Assembly: GCA_043804515.1 (NCBI GenBank)
Contig: JAZDIZ010000188.1
Span: 1-18,777, forward strand
Reading direction: 5' to 3'
DNA length: 18,777 nt
Source: Pseudomonadota bacterium
GTDB taxonomy: Bacteria > Bdellovibrionota_G > JALEGL01 > DATDPG01
Shown: positions 1-8,006 of the stretch, piece by piece
Layout: each line of letters opens with the position of its first letter
How positions within the stretch are numbered: position 1 is the first letter of the stretch
Translations under genes and position numbers: made by a program
Notes under the pieces: generated by a model
What the model saw: the letters and a program-made list of their open reading frames with translations, nothing else
Database searches by the model: none
Told to the model about the DNA's origin: nothing

Positions 1-1032
1 CAGCGCCGTGACGGCCTTGACCGTGGATGCCAGCGTGTCGTCGGCGTGGAACACGGAAGGTTTGTCCTCCTGAAGATCCCGGTTGTAGGCAAGCGGGAGC
101 CCCTTCTGGAGGGCGAGAAGTGCCGTTACATCCCCGATCACGCCGGCGCATTTTCCACGGGCCAATTCGGCGATGTCGGGGTTCTTCTTTTGAGGCAGCA
201 TCGACGAGCCCGTGGAAAGCTCGTCCGGAAGCGTGATCCACCCGAACTCTTTCGTACTCCACAGGACGAATTCCTCCCCCAGGCGGGAGAGGTGCGCCAT
301 CGCCTGGGCGGCGCAAAAAACATATTCGGCGGCGAAATCGCGCGAGGCCACGGCGTCCATCGAGTTCTCGAACGTCCGCGGCAAGCCGAGTTCGGCCGCG
401 GAAAACTCCGGATCCAGGGGCAAGGAACTCCCCGCCGCGGCTCCAGCCCCCAGGGGCGAAACCGCGATTCGTTTCTCGGCGTCCCGAAAGCGCTCCAGAT
501 CCCGTGAAAACATCCAGGCATAGGCCAGAAGATGATGCGAAAGCGGGATCACCTGGGCCTGTTGAAGGTGCGTGTACGCTGGGACCGCAATATCGATCAC
601 GTCTTCGGACCGGCGCACCAGCGTTTCCGCCAAACCCGCCAGTTCCAAAACTCGCTTATGGACGGCATTCCGAAGGTACAGCCTCAGGTCCAGGGCCACC
701 TGATCGTTCCGGGATCTCCCCGTGTGAAGCTTGCCGGCAACTTCCCCCGCGAGTTCCGTCAGCCGCCGCTCGACGGCCGAGTGAACGTCCTCGTCGGAGT
801 CACGGAATTCGAAACCGCCTTGGGCGGCTTCGGCCTGGATCTGCTCCAGGCCGCCGAGCAGCTGTTCCTGCTCCTGCGATGAGATCAGGCCCGAGTGCGC
901 GAGCATCCGGACGTGAGCCTTCGAACCCTCTAGGTCGTATTTGAGGAGCCTGCGATCGGCCGGGGACACCGTGAACTCCCACAACACGGAATCCCCGGCC
1001 TTCGAGAACCTACCTCCCCACAACAACGCCAC
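1..1032 (-). CDS. argH: Argininosuccinate lyase, 5' part (3' end beyond the left edge)
   Basis: Manual translation of minus-strand segments in the frame of the GTG at 1032 gives MALLWGGRFSK...DRRLLKYDLEGSKAHVRML...DEDVHSAVERRLTELAGEVAGKLHTGRSRNDQVALDLRLYLR...STGSSMLPQKKN. This contains the ArgH WGGRF, HTGRSRNDQ and fumarate-lyase SSxMPxKxN-type motifs. In-frame stops lie just upstream of 1032. Not in the supplied ORF track. Confidence 0.96.
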   Translation of the reverse strand, partial: MALLWGGRFSKAGDSVLWEFTVSPADRRLLKYDLEGSKAHVRMLAHSGLISSQEQEQLLGGLEQIQAEAAQGGFEFRDSDEDVHSAVERRLTELAGEVAGKLHTGRSRNDQVALDLRLYLRNAVHKRVLELAGLAETLVRRSEDVIDIAVPAYTHLQQAQVIPLSHHLLAYAWMFSRDLERFRDAEKRIAVSPLGAGAAAGSSLPLDPEFSAAELGLPRTFENSMDAVASRDFAAEYVFCAAQAMAHLSRLGEEFVLWSTKEFGWITLPDELSTGSSMLPQKKNPDIAELARGKCAGVIGDVTALLALQKGLPLAYNRDLQEDKPSVFHADDTLASTVKAVTAL

Positions 1033-1046
1033 CCTACTGCCGTACC

Positions 1047-1082
1047 TGCATAAATATTACTACCCGGCTGCATATCTATGCG
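1047..1082. promoter_or_regulatory. Tandem ARG-box-like (ArgR) operators upstream of argH
   Basis: TGCATAAATATTAC (1047-1060) and TGCATATCTATGCG (1069-1082) start 22 bp apart and lie 15-50 bp upstream of the argH start. Both resemble the ArgR core TG(A/C)ATAnnnAT(G/T)CA. A perfect TTGACA lies on the minus strand at 1100-1095. Confidence 0.7.
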
Positions 1083-1143
1083 CATCGTCCCCGATGTCAA
1101 ACCTTTTTCTCAAAAACCCTTCAAACGGTTATCCTCTGCAGCC

Positions 1144-1707
1144 ATGAGAATCCCCGTTCCCCTCCCGAAAGCGTATCTCCTCCTGAACCACGGCCCCACG
1201 ACGCTGGTGACGGCCATGCACGAAAAGCGCGCCAACGTAATGGCCGCCGCTTGGGTCATGGCTCTGGACATCGATCCGCCCAAGGTGATCGCGGTGATCT
1301 CCTCCGACGCGTTCACCCGGTCGCTGATCGAAAAATCGGGCGAGTTCGGCCTGAGCCTCCCGTCCACGGATCAAGTGGATCTCACATACAGCGTGGGCAA
1401 TTCCTCCGGCTCCGATGTGGACAAGTTCAAAACATTCGGGATCGGGACGTTTCCCGGGAAAAAAGTGGAAACCGTCCTCGTGGACGGATGCCTGGGATGG
1501 CTCGAATGCAAACTGGTCCCCGAGCCGCACGTTCTTAAGACCTACGATCTCTTGATCGCGGAAGTGGTCGCGGCATGGGTCGACGATTCGGTTTTCGATC
1601 CAAAGAAGGGCTGGAAGTTCCAAAAGAACGGCCCGGCCACGATCCACCACCTCACGGGCACAACCTTCACCTGTCCCGGCCGAATGCTGGAGGCAAAGAA
1701 GCTCTAG
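1144..1707 (+). CDS. Flavin reductase-like FMN-binding protein (DIM6/NTAB-type)
   Basis: Motifs LLNHGPTTLVT, NVMAAAW, SGEFGLSLP, VGNSSG, DKF, GCLGWLEC and YDLLIAEVVAAW. The ATG at 1144 (MRIPVPLPKAY) is preferred over 1078, which overlaps the argH promoter. Confidence 0.85.
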   Translation: MRIPVPLPKAYLLLNHGPTTLVTAMHEKRANVMAAAWVMALDIDPPKVIAVISSDAFTRSLIEKSGEFGLSLPSTDQVDLTYSVGNSSGSDVDKFKTFGIGTFPGKKVETVLVDGCLGWLECKLVPEPHVLKTYDLLIAEVVAAWVDDSVFDPKKGWKFQKNGPATIHHLTGTTFTCPGRMLEAKKL

Positions 1708-1869
1708 ACGGGCCGCCCGAAGGTGCGCCCTGCACCACGGTTGCCGCGGTATCCGCTCCCCATAATCCAGAAAACGCTGCTAAGAGTTCGTGTTATTTCA
1801 ATAGGATAGCTATTGCCTTGAGTTGGTCGACAAATTGCATTATACGGTGCGTCATAAGGAGTTGCCCCG

Positions 1870-2412
1870 ATGAAATTCTTCGCCCCCGCCGCCGCCCTTT
1901 TGATCGCCTTGAGTCTCTTGAGTCCAAAAGCTCAAGCGCAAGGTGGCTTTACGTACAACGAGTGCAAGTCTCGTTTCGATCAAGGTTCGCGTCCCTGGGT
2001 TTCACAGCTGCTGACGTATCCCGGCGGCACGTCCACGCGTTGGCTCCTCACCGGCGTGTGTGTCATGACGGATTCCGAGATGAGATACGACCCAACCGGC
2101 TTGAAGGACGCCGGTCTTAATTCCCTTTTCTTCAGCGCCACGGATCCGACCACGCCCTTTGCACGAGAGAAGCCGCACGTCTACGCCTACTTCACGGAGA
2201 GCGACAAAAGCATCGAGGGAACCTCGTCGACCGTGATTTGGAAGGACGCGCGATCGATTCTCTTCAAAGACCCGCGTTCCTTCACTTTGAAGGACAGTGC
2301 ATTCGCCTGCAGAATGCAGAGCTCGAAAACAATCCTCTGTAAGGTCGGAAATCCTTCGGAACATGAATATTCGACGGATCCGATTATCTGGATTCTCGAA
2401 AAACGCTCGTAA
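1870..2412 (+). CDS. Hypothetical secreted protein, 180 aa
   Basis: Good RBS TAAGGAG at 1855-1861. Classical Sec signal peptide MKFFAPAAALLIALSLLSPKAQA|Q. Four Cys in the mature part. No family recognised. Confidence 0.75.
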   Translation: MKFFAPAAALLIALSLLSPKAQAQGGFTYNECKSRFDQGSRPWVSQLLTYPGGTSTRWLLTGVCVMTDSEMRYDPTGLKDAGLNSLFFSATDPTTPFAREKPHVYAYFTESDKSIEGTSSTVIWKDARSILFKDPRSFTLKDSAFACRMQSSKTILCKVGNPSEHEYSTDPIIWILEKRS

Positions 2413-2423
2413 GAATTCCTGAA

Positions 2424-2449
2424 AAGCGGGCCCCACACCGGGTTCGCTT
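2424..2449 (+). terminator. Hairpin after the secreted-protein gene (possible weak terminator)
   Basis: AAGCGGGCCC-cacacc-GGGTTCGCTT is a 10-bp stem with two G.U pairs, about 12 nt after the stop. It lacks a clear U-tract. Confidence 0.35.
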
Positions 2450-2482
2450 GCCAAACCAGCGTTCCTCTGGAATATCTTCGGC

Positions 2483-4165
2483 GTGCCCGTTCCGAACCAA
2501 GCTCTTGTCGAATGCGTCCCCAATTTCAGTGAGGGGCGGGATCGCGCGAAAATCGACAAAATCGTGGCCGCCATGGCGGCCGTTCCCGGCGTTGCGGTCC
2601 TGGACGTGGATCCCGGCGCCGACACGAACCGGACGGTCGTGACGGCTGTCGGCGCGCCGGAGCCGATGCTCCAGGCCGCCTTCGAAGGGATCCGGGAGGC
2701 TTCCGAATTGATCGACATGCGGACGCATCGCGGCGCGCACCCCAGGATGGGCGCGACCGACGTGTGCCCGTTCGTACCGATCTCCGGCACTACGCAAGCC
2801 GAATGCGTCGAACTGGCCCGCCGCCTCGGGAAGCGTGTCGGGGATGAGCTGGGGATTCCCGTCTATTTATATGAGGAGGCCGCGACGGCACCCCATCGGA
2901 GGAATCTGTCCGACATCCGCGCCGGGGAATACGAAGGCTTCGCCGCAAAAATGCACGAGGCTCCCTGGATCCCGGATTTCGGCCCCAAGGACTTCCAACC
3001 CAAACCGGGGGCGACGGTGATCGGCGTGCGGCCGTTCCTGATCGCATACAACGTGAACCTCAACACCCGGGACGTGAAGCTCGCCAACGAGATCGCAGCA
3101 GAGATCCGCGAGACGGGCCGCCCCCGCAAAGATGAACACGGCAAGATTCTCAAAGACCCCGACGGCCAGGCCGTGCGCCAACCGGGACGTCTGAAAGCCA
3201 CTAAAGCCGTGGGCTGGTACATCGACACTTACAACCGGGCCCAGATTTCGATCAACCTGACCGACTTTCACACGACACCCCCACACGTAGCGTTTGAGGC
3301 GTGCCGGGAGGAAGCGGAGAAGTTGGGCGTTTTGGTCACAGGGAGCGAGCTCGTGGGTCTCATCCCGCTGGACGCTTTGCTAATGGCGGGGCGGTTTTAT
3401 CTTCAAAAACAGAGACGCTCGTGGGGCATACCTGAATTGTTGTTGGTAGAGACGGCGATCCAGTCTCTGGGCCTGCGCGATCTGGGGCCGTTCAATGCCA
3501 AAGAAAAGGTTATCGAATACCGTCTGGAGGGACGTATGGGACGTTTGGTTTCAATGCCGGTGCATGAATTCGTGGATGAATGTTCGACGGAGACTCCGAC
3601 ACCCGGCGGGGGTAGCGTGGCCGCGCTGGCGGGCTCCATCGCCGCGGCATTGGCTTCGATGGTGGCCAATCTGACGCAAGGGAAGAAGAAGTTCGCCTCC
3701 GTCCACGATGAGATGGTGGACGTCGCCGTCCGCGGCCAGGGACTCAAAGCCGAACTCCTCTCGGCCGTGGACCGGGATACGGATGCGTTCAACCGCGTGA
3801 TGGACGCCTTCCGAATGCCCAAGGGAACGCCGGAGCAGGAGAGCGCCCGTGCGGCGGCGATCGAGGGGGCCACAAAAGGAGCGGCCGAGGTTCCGCTCTA
3901 CGTCATGGAAAAAGTGCTTCCGATTCTTGAGTTGGCCCGGATCACGGCCGAGAAGGGCAATCCGGCGTCCCGAAGCGATGCCGGCGTCGCCGCCTCCATG
4001 GCGCGAGCCGCATCGGAAGGCGCTTATCTGAACGTGAAGATCAACACGGCCGGCCTGAAGGATCGGGCCGCGGCCGAGCGGCTGAACAAGAAGGCCGACG
4101 AGTTTCTGGAAAAGACCCGTTCCGCCGCCGAGAAGGTCTGGAAGATCTGCACGACCTCCACATGA
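2483..4165 (+). CDS. ftcd: Bifunctional glutamate formiminotransferase / formiminotetrahydrofolate cyclodeaminase
   Basis: N-terminal LVECVPNFSEGRD, NRTVVT, HPRMGATDVCPF, RAGEYEG, IAYNVNL and GSELVGL (transferase domain). C-terminal PTPGGGSVAAL, SDAGVA, GAYLNVKIN (cyclodeaminase domain). GTG start is approximate. Confidence 0.93.
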   Translation: MPVPNQALVECVPNFSEGRDRAKIDKIVAAMAAVPGVAVLDVDPGADTNRTVVTAVGAPEPMLQAAFEGIREASELIDMRTHRGAHPRMGATDVCPFVPISGTTQAECVELARRLGKRVGDELGIPVYLYEEAATAPHRRNLSDIRAGEYEGFAAKMHEAPWIPDFGPKDFQPKPGATVIGVRPFLIAYNVNLNTRDVKLANEIAAEIRETGRPRKDEHGKILKDPDGQAVRQPGRLKATKAVGWYIDTYNRAQISINLTDFHTTPPHVAFEACREEAEKLGVLVTGSELVGLIPLDALLMAGRFYLQKQRRSWGIPELLLVETAIQSLGLRDLGPFNAKEKVIEYRLEGRMGRLVSMPVHEFVDECSTETPTPGGGSVAALAGSIAAALASMVANLTQGKKKFASVHDEMVDVAVRGQGLKAELLSAVDRDTDAFNRVMDAFRMPKGTPEQESARAAAIEGATKGAAEVPLYVMEKVLPILELARITAEKGNPASRSDAGVAASMARAASEGAYLNVKINTAGLKDRAAAERLNKKADEFLEKTRSAAEKVWKICTTST

Positions 4166-4171
4166 TGGATC

Positions 4172-5773
4172 GTGACCTCGCTCGATAAGCGGCAGAACCG
4201 TTGGGGAGCGCTCCTCCTTTTCGTGGGAACGCTCCTGCTCTTCTCAGCCACGAACCTGGACGGGACCTGGATCCTGGACGACCGGTACCAGATCGAACGG
4301 AATCCCTACCTGCGGTCCATCACTCACGTTCCTCACATCCTTACGACACCGCTTTGGATGGCCACCGGCGCCGAATCGCCAGGTTCAGGCATATACCGGC
4401 CCGTCCACATTCTCTCCTACGCCGTCGACTATCACCTGACGGGCCTTCGCCCTTGGTTTTTCCACCTCGACAGCAACCTCCTCCACGCCTTGAACGTCCT
4501 GCTTCTCTTCTTCCTCGCAAGACGGTTTCTAGCGTTCCGGACATCTTTGATCGTGGGTGCCCTGTTCGCCGTTCATCCGATCGTGACCGAAACGGCCACG
4601 TGGATCGGCGGCAGAATGGATCTTCTGGTTACGCTCTTCGCTCTCAGCTGCGTTCAAGCTCTGGCCTCCCTCACTAATGGGCACGACGGCCCGAAGTGGG
4701 CCGCTTGGGTGCTTTATGTTCTCTCAATCCCGTTCGGGATTTTTTCGAAAGAAGTTTTCGTTCCTGTGCCGTTCGCGACGCTGGCCGCGATTGCGCTTTT
4801 CCGCGGCTTCCGCGGGATCAACCGCAACGCCTGGGTCGCGTTCGGGATTGCCGTTATAGCGACGGTCGCGTGCCTTTCCTGGCGATCCCACGTCATCGGA
4901 ATTCCAATCGCGTCTTTGTTCGCCCCCATCGCAACGGTCAACTTCCCGGCGCTCCTCCGGCGTTTCTTCACTCTAACGCTGATCCCGGCAGATACCGAAT
5001 TCCTGTTCCGTTACGTGCCGGCACACACGTCGCTCGCCATAAGCGCCCTGATGACCGTGGCGACGGTGCTCGGCACCATGGCCGTGGCATGGTGGGCCCG
5101 GAGAGGCGCTGCCGTACCGCTGGGCCTCGGATTGTTTCTCGCGCCGCTCGTGCCGATATCCCTCGTCGTGGACATCACGGGCCTGTTGAGCGAACGCTAT
5201 TTCTATCTTCCCTTGGCGGGTTTTCTGCTCTTCGCCGGAGGCATGGTTGAGATTTTATCTCCATGGATCCGGAGTCACACGGGGGCATGGCTCAAACGTA
5301 TGTTCCCGGTCGCGGCGGGCGCCCTGATCTGCCTCTTGGCCGTCCAGACCGGCGCTCGAAACCGGGATTGGATCAATGAGCCGCGGCTCTATTCCTCCTC
5401 GATCGCCCGGGATCCGGCCAACCCCCTGCCCAACTACTTTCTGGCCGTCATGTACCATCGGTTGGGAGACACGTCGTCGGAGATTGCCAATTACGAAACC
5501 GCACTAAGCAAGGACGCCGACCACATCTCGTCGCTCAACAACCTGGCCGTTCTTTTCATCGAACGGGGCAAGGATGCGGAGGCGCGTGCACTCTTGGATC
5601 GGGCATTCCGAATCCAGCCCGCAAGGCCCAAGACCGTATTCAACTACGGTTATCTGTACGAGAAGATGGGGCGTTCAGACGAAGCCAGGCGATGGTACAC
5701 GCGGGCCCTGGAACTCAAACCGGACTATGAACTCGCGAGACAGGCCCTGGACCGTCTGGAGACACATCGTTAG
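4172..5773 (+). CDS. TMTC-like GT-C membrane glycosyltransferase with C-terminal TPR repeats
   Basis: Multi-pass membrane protein with WILDD...NP, YRPV, LLHALN, LFAVHPIVTE..WIGGR.DLL, SKE and ERYFYLP motifs typical of TMTC/DUF1736-type proteins. C-terminal TPRs include SLNNLAVLF and FNYGYLYEKMG. Confidence 0.82.
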   Translation: MTSLDKRQNRWGALLLFVGTLLLFSATNLDGTWILDDRYQIERNPYLRSITHVPHILTTPLWMATGAESPGSGIYRPVHILSYAVDYHLTGLRPWFFHLDSNLLHALNVLLLFFLARRFLAFRTSLIVGALFAVHPIVTETATWIGGRMDLLVTLFALSCVQALASLTNGHDGPKWAAWVLYVLSIPFGIFSKEVFVPVPFATLAAIALFRGFRGINRNAWVAFGIAVIATVACLSWRSHVIGIPIASLFAPIATVNFPALLRRFFTLTLIPADTEFLFRYVPAHTSLAISALMTVATVLGTMAVAWWARRGAAVPLGLGLFLAPLVPISLVVDITGLLSERYFYLPLAGFLLFAGGMVEILSPWIRSHTGAWLKRMFPVAAGALICLLAVQTGARNRDWINEPRLYSSSIARDPANPLPNYFLAVMYHRLGDTSSEIANYETALSKDADHISSLNNLAVLFIERGKDAEARALLDRAFRIQPARPKTVFNYGYLYEKMGRSDEARRWYTRALELKPDYELARQALDRLETHR

Positions 5774-5821
5774 AGCCAGGACCGACATGGTTTTTAGCCT
5801 CGATTTGCGTTAAAAGAACGC

Positions 5822-7435
5822 ATGGCTGAATTTTTCTACAAGGAGCCGTTTCCGCTCGGCCCCGACACGGCGAAATACAGACTCCTGACAAAAGACCACG
5901 TGTCCGTGGCCCCGTTCGAAGGAAGGGAAGTCCTCAAAGTCGAACCGGAGGGCCTCACGCTCCTGGCCCGCGAGGCGTTGCGGGACATCTCGTTTCTCTA
6001 TCGCACCAGGCACCTCCAACAGGTCGCCGCGATCCTGGACGACCCGGAAGCGTCACCCAACGACCGGGGCGTGGCTCTGGCGATGCTCCGAAACGCCGAG
6101 GTCTCGGCGGAATTCATTCTCCCGATGTGCCAGGACACGGGAACGGCCACCGTAATCGGCAAGAAGGGACAGAACGTCTGGACCGGCGCGAACGACGACG
6201 AATGTCTCTCGCGAGGGATCTACGAGACGTTTCAGAAGGAGAACCTGCGTTATTCGTATGTCTCGCCGCTCAAAATGTACGAGGAGAAGAACACGGAGAC
6301 CAACCTCCCCGCTCAAATCGACATCTACGCCACCGAAGGAATGCGCTACGACTTCCTGTTCGTCGCCAAGGGAGGCGGTTCGGCCAATAAGACGTTCTTT
6401 TATCAGGAGACCAAGGCCACGCTGAACCTTCAAAGCCTGGAGAAATTCCTGACGGAACAACTTAAAAAGATCGGAACAGCCGCGTGCCCGCCGTACCACC
6501 TGGGTTTTGTGATCGGCGGGACGTCCGCCGAGGCCTGCCTCAAGACGGTCAAATTGGTGACCGCGGGATATCTGGATACCCTGCCGACCACCGGAAACGC
6601 ATACGGGCAGGCGTTCCGGGACGCTGAACTCGAATCCCGGATGCTGAAAGCCGCGCAAAACACGGGAATCGGCGCACAGTTCGGCGGCAAATATTTCGCT
6701 CTGGACGTGCGCGTCGTGCGCCTTCCGCGCCACGGTGCCTCCCTCCCGATCGGCCTGGGTGTTTCCTGTTCGGCCGACCGGAACGCCAAAGCACGCATTG
6801 ATAAGGACGGGATCTGGTTGGAAGAGATGGAACGGGATCCCGGGCGTTTCATTCCCAAGAAGTACCGCGGAAAGGACGACCGGGGCGTCGTGAAGATCAA
6901 CCTGAACCGGCCGATGAAGGAGATTCTGGCCGAGCTTTCGCAACACCCGGTCACGACGCGCCTGGCCCTGACGGGAACGATGGTCGTGGCTCGTGACTCG
7001 GCCCACGCCAAGCTCAAAGAGCTGCTGGATCAGGGCAAGCCTCTGCCCGCGTATATCAAGGATCACCCGGTCTATTACGCCGGCCCCGCAAAGACGCCCA
7101 AAGGTTACGCCTCGGGGAGCTTCGGCCCCACGACGGCGGGAAGGATGGATTCCTATGTGGATCTCTTCCAGTCCCAAGGCGCCTCGCTGATCATGCTCGC
7201 GAAGGGGAACCGGAGCCGGCAGGTGACCGATGCCTGCAGGAAGCACGGCGGTTTTTATCTGGGTTCGATCGGCGGGCCGGCCGCGATTCTGGCGCAGGAG
7301 AACATCAAGAAGGTGGAAGTCCTGGACTATGCCGATCTCGGAATGGAGGCGATCTACAAGATCGAAGTCGAGGATTTTCCCGCGTTCATCTTGATCGACG
7401 ACAAAGGAAACGACTTCTTCGCGCAGCTGAGCTGA
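5822..7435 (+). CDS. fumA: Class I fumarate hydratase (Fe-S, fused alpha/beta)
   Basis: [42 protein letters not shown] and GPTTAGRMD motifs. The three Fe-S Cys are present. fumA and fumB cannot be told apart from sequence alone. Confidence 0.95.
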   Translation: MAEFFYKEPFPLGPDTAKYRLLTKDHVSVAPFEGREVLKVEPEGLTLLAREALRDISFLYRTRHLQQVAAILDDPEASPNDRGVALAMLRNAEVSAEFILPMCQDTGTATVIGKKGQNVWTGANDDECLSRGIYETFQKENLRYSYVSPLKMYEEKNTETNLPAQIDIYATEGMRYDFLFVAKGGGSANKTFFYQETKATLNLQSLEKFLTEQLKKIGTAACPPYHLGFVIGGTSAEACLKTVKLVTAGYLDTLPTTGNAYGQAFRDAELESRMLKAAQNTGIGAQFGGKYFALDVRVVRLPRHGASLPIGLGVSCSADRNAKARIDKDGIWLEEMERDPGRFIPKKYRGKDDRGVVKINLNRPMKEILAELSQHPVTTRLALTGTMVVARDSAHAKLKELLDQGKPLPAYIKDHPVYYAGPAKTPKGYASGSFGPTTAGRMDSYVDLFQSQGASLIMLAKGNRSRQVTDACRKHGGFYLGSIGGPAAILAQENIKKVEVLDYADLGMEAIYKIEVEDFPAFILIDDKGNDFFAQLS

Positions 7436-7852
7436 CCTAAAACCTCGTTTTTCTGTCTGCGCGAGACGCCCGCATCTTCGCATTTGCACAGGTTTCTGGC
7501 TGCGGGCCCGGATCTCTGTGCAGACACGGCAAGGGGGTGTCGTCGCCGGCAGGTACCCCAAATGCTCGCGCCCAACGATTGCTTTCATCGCCGAATAGTT
7601 CCTTGCGCTCCGGCTTTGGGGCCCCTCCCTGTGTCGCCGCCACCCGCACCGGGTCCGCTATGAGCCCTCCTGGCAAGGATCGCTGGCTATCAGAATACCC
7701 CTTAGTCCCGTCAACGACGTTTCACCTCTTGCCCACCCGTGAGGGCTCATCCATATAAAATGAAGAAGCACTGACGCTTCGGGGGATTGGAGATTAACAG
7801 AGGCGCCGTCGCTTGTTTCTCAGCCGCGACTTAAGGTTCTTGAAGCCTCCAA

Positions 7853-7977
7853 GCGGGCTGGGGGGTCTGCCGGAGCGGAGGTAAGGCGCAGGATCGCCGT
7901 GTTGGGGACACCCATCAGTGGGTGTCCCCCGTGATGCGATCCGAGCCACGGAGCGCAGGCAGCCACCTGGCCCGCCC
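7853..7977 (+). repeat. Structured intergenic repeat, copy A (core)
   Basis: Left arm 7853-7896 matches 13038-13080 at 39/44 positions and right arm 7936-7977 matches 13099-13140 at 41/42 positions (manual count). The two arms are mutually complementary. Weaker similarity extends to about 7808 and to 8009. Confidence 0.92.
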
Positions 7978-8006
7978 AGCTTCTCGATGCTTACGAATAA
8001 TCCGGT

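Noticed and set aside
27..1147. ORF-track calls in 27-1147 (e.g. 46-507, 532-882, 941-1147)
   Set aside because: Antisense or off-frame shadows of argH and its promoter.
4163..4174. FTCD and the TMTC-like ORF are in the same frame, separated by a single TGA (readthrough or selenocysteine fusion?)
   Set aside because: Both proteins look complete on their own, an in-frame neighbour has a 1-in-3 chance, and I see no convincing SECIS or functional logic.
6053..7588. Long antisense ORFs (6053-7588, 11017-12270, 13452-14453 and similar)
   Set aside because: Typical shadow ORFs opposite well-supported genes in GC-rich DNA, with no recognisable motifs.
7437..7676. 79-aa minus ORF and other short ORFs in the two large gaps (7537-7758, 12828-13028)
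   Set aside because: Weak starts, no protein-like features, and they overlap palindromic DNA. Cannot be fully excluded without BLASTX.
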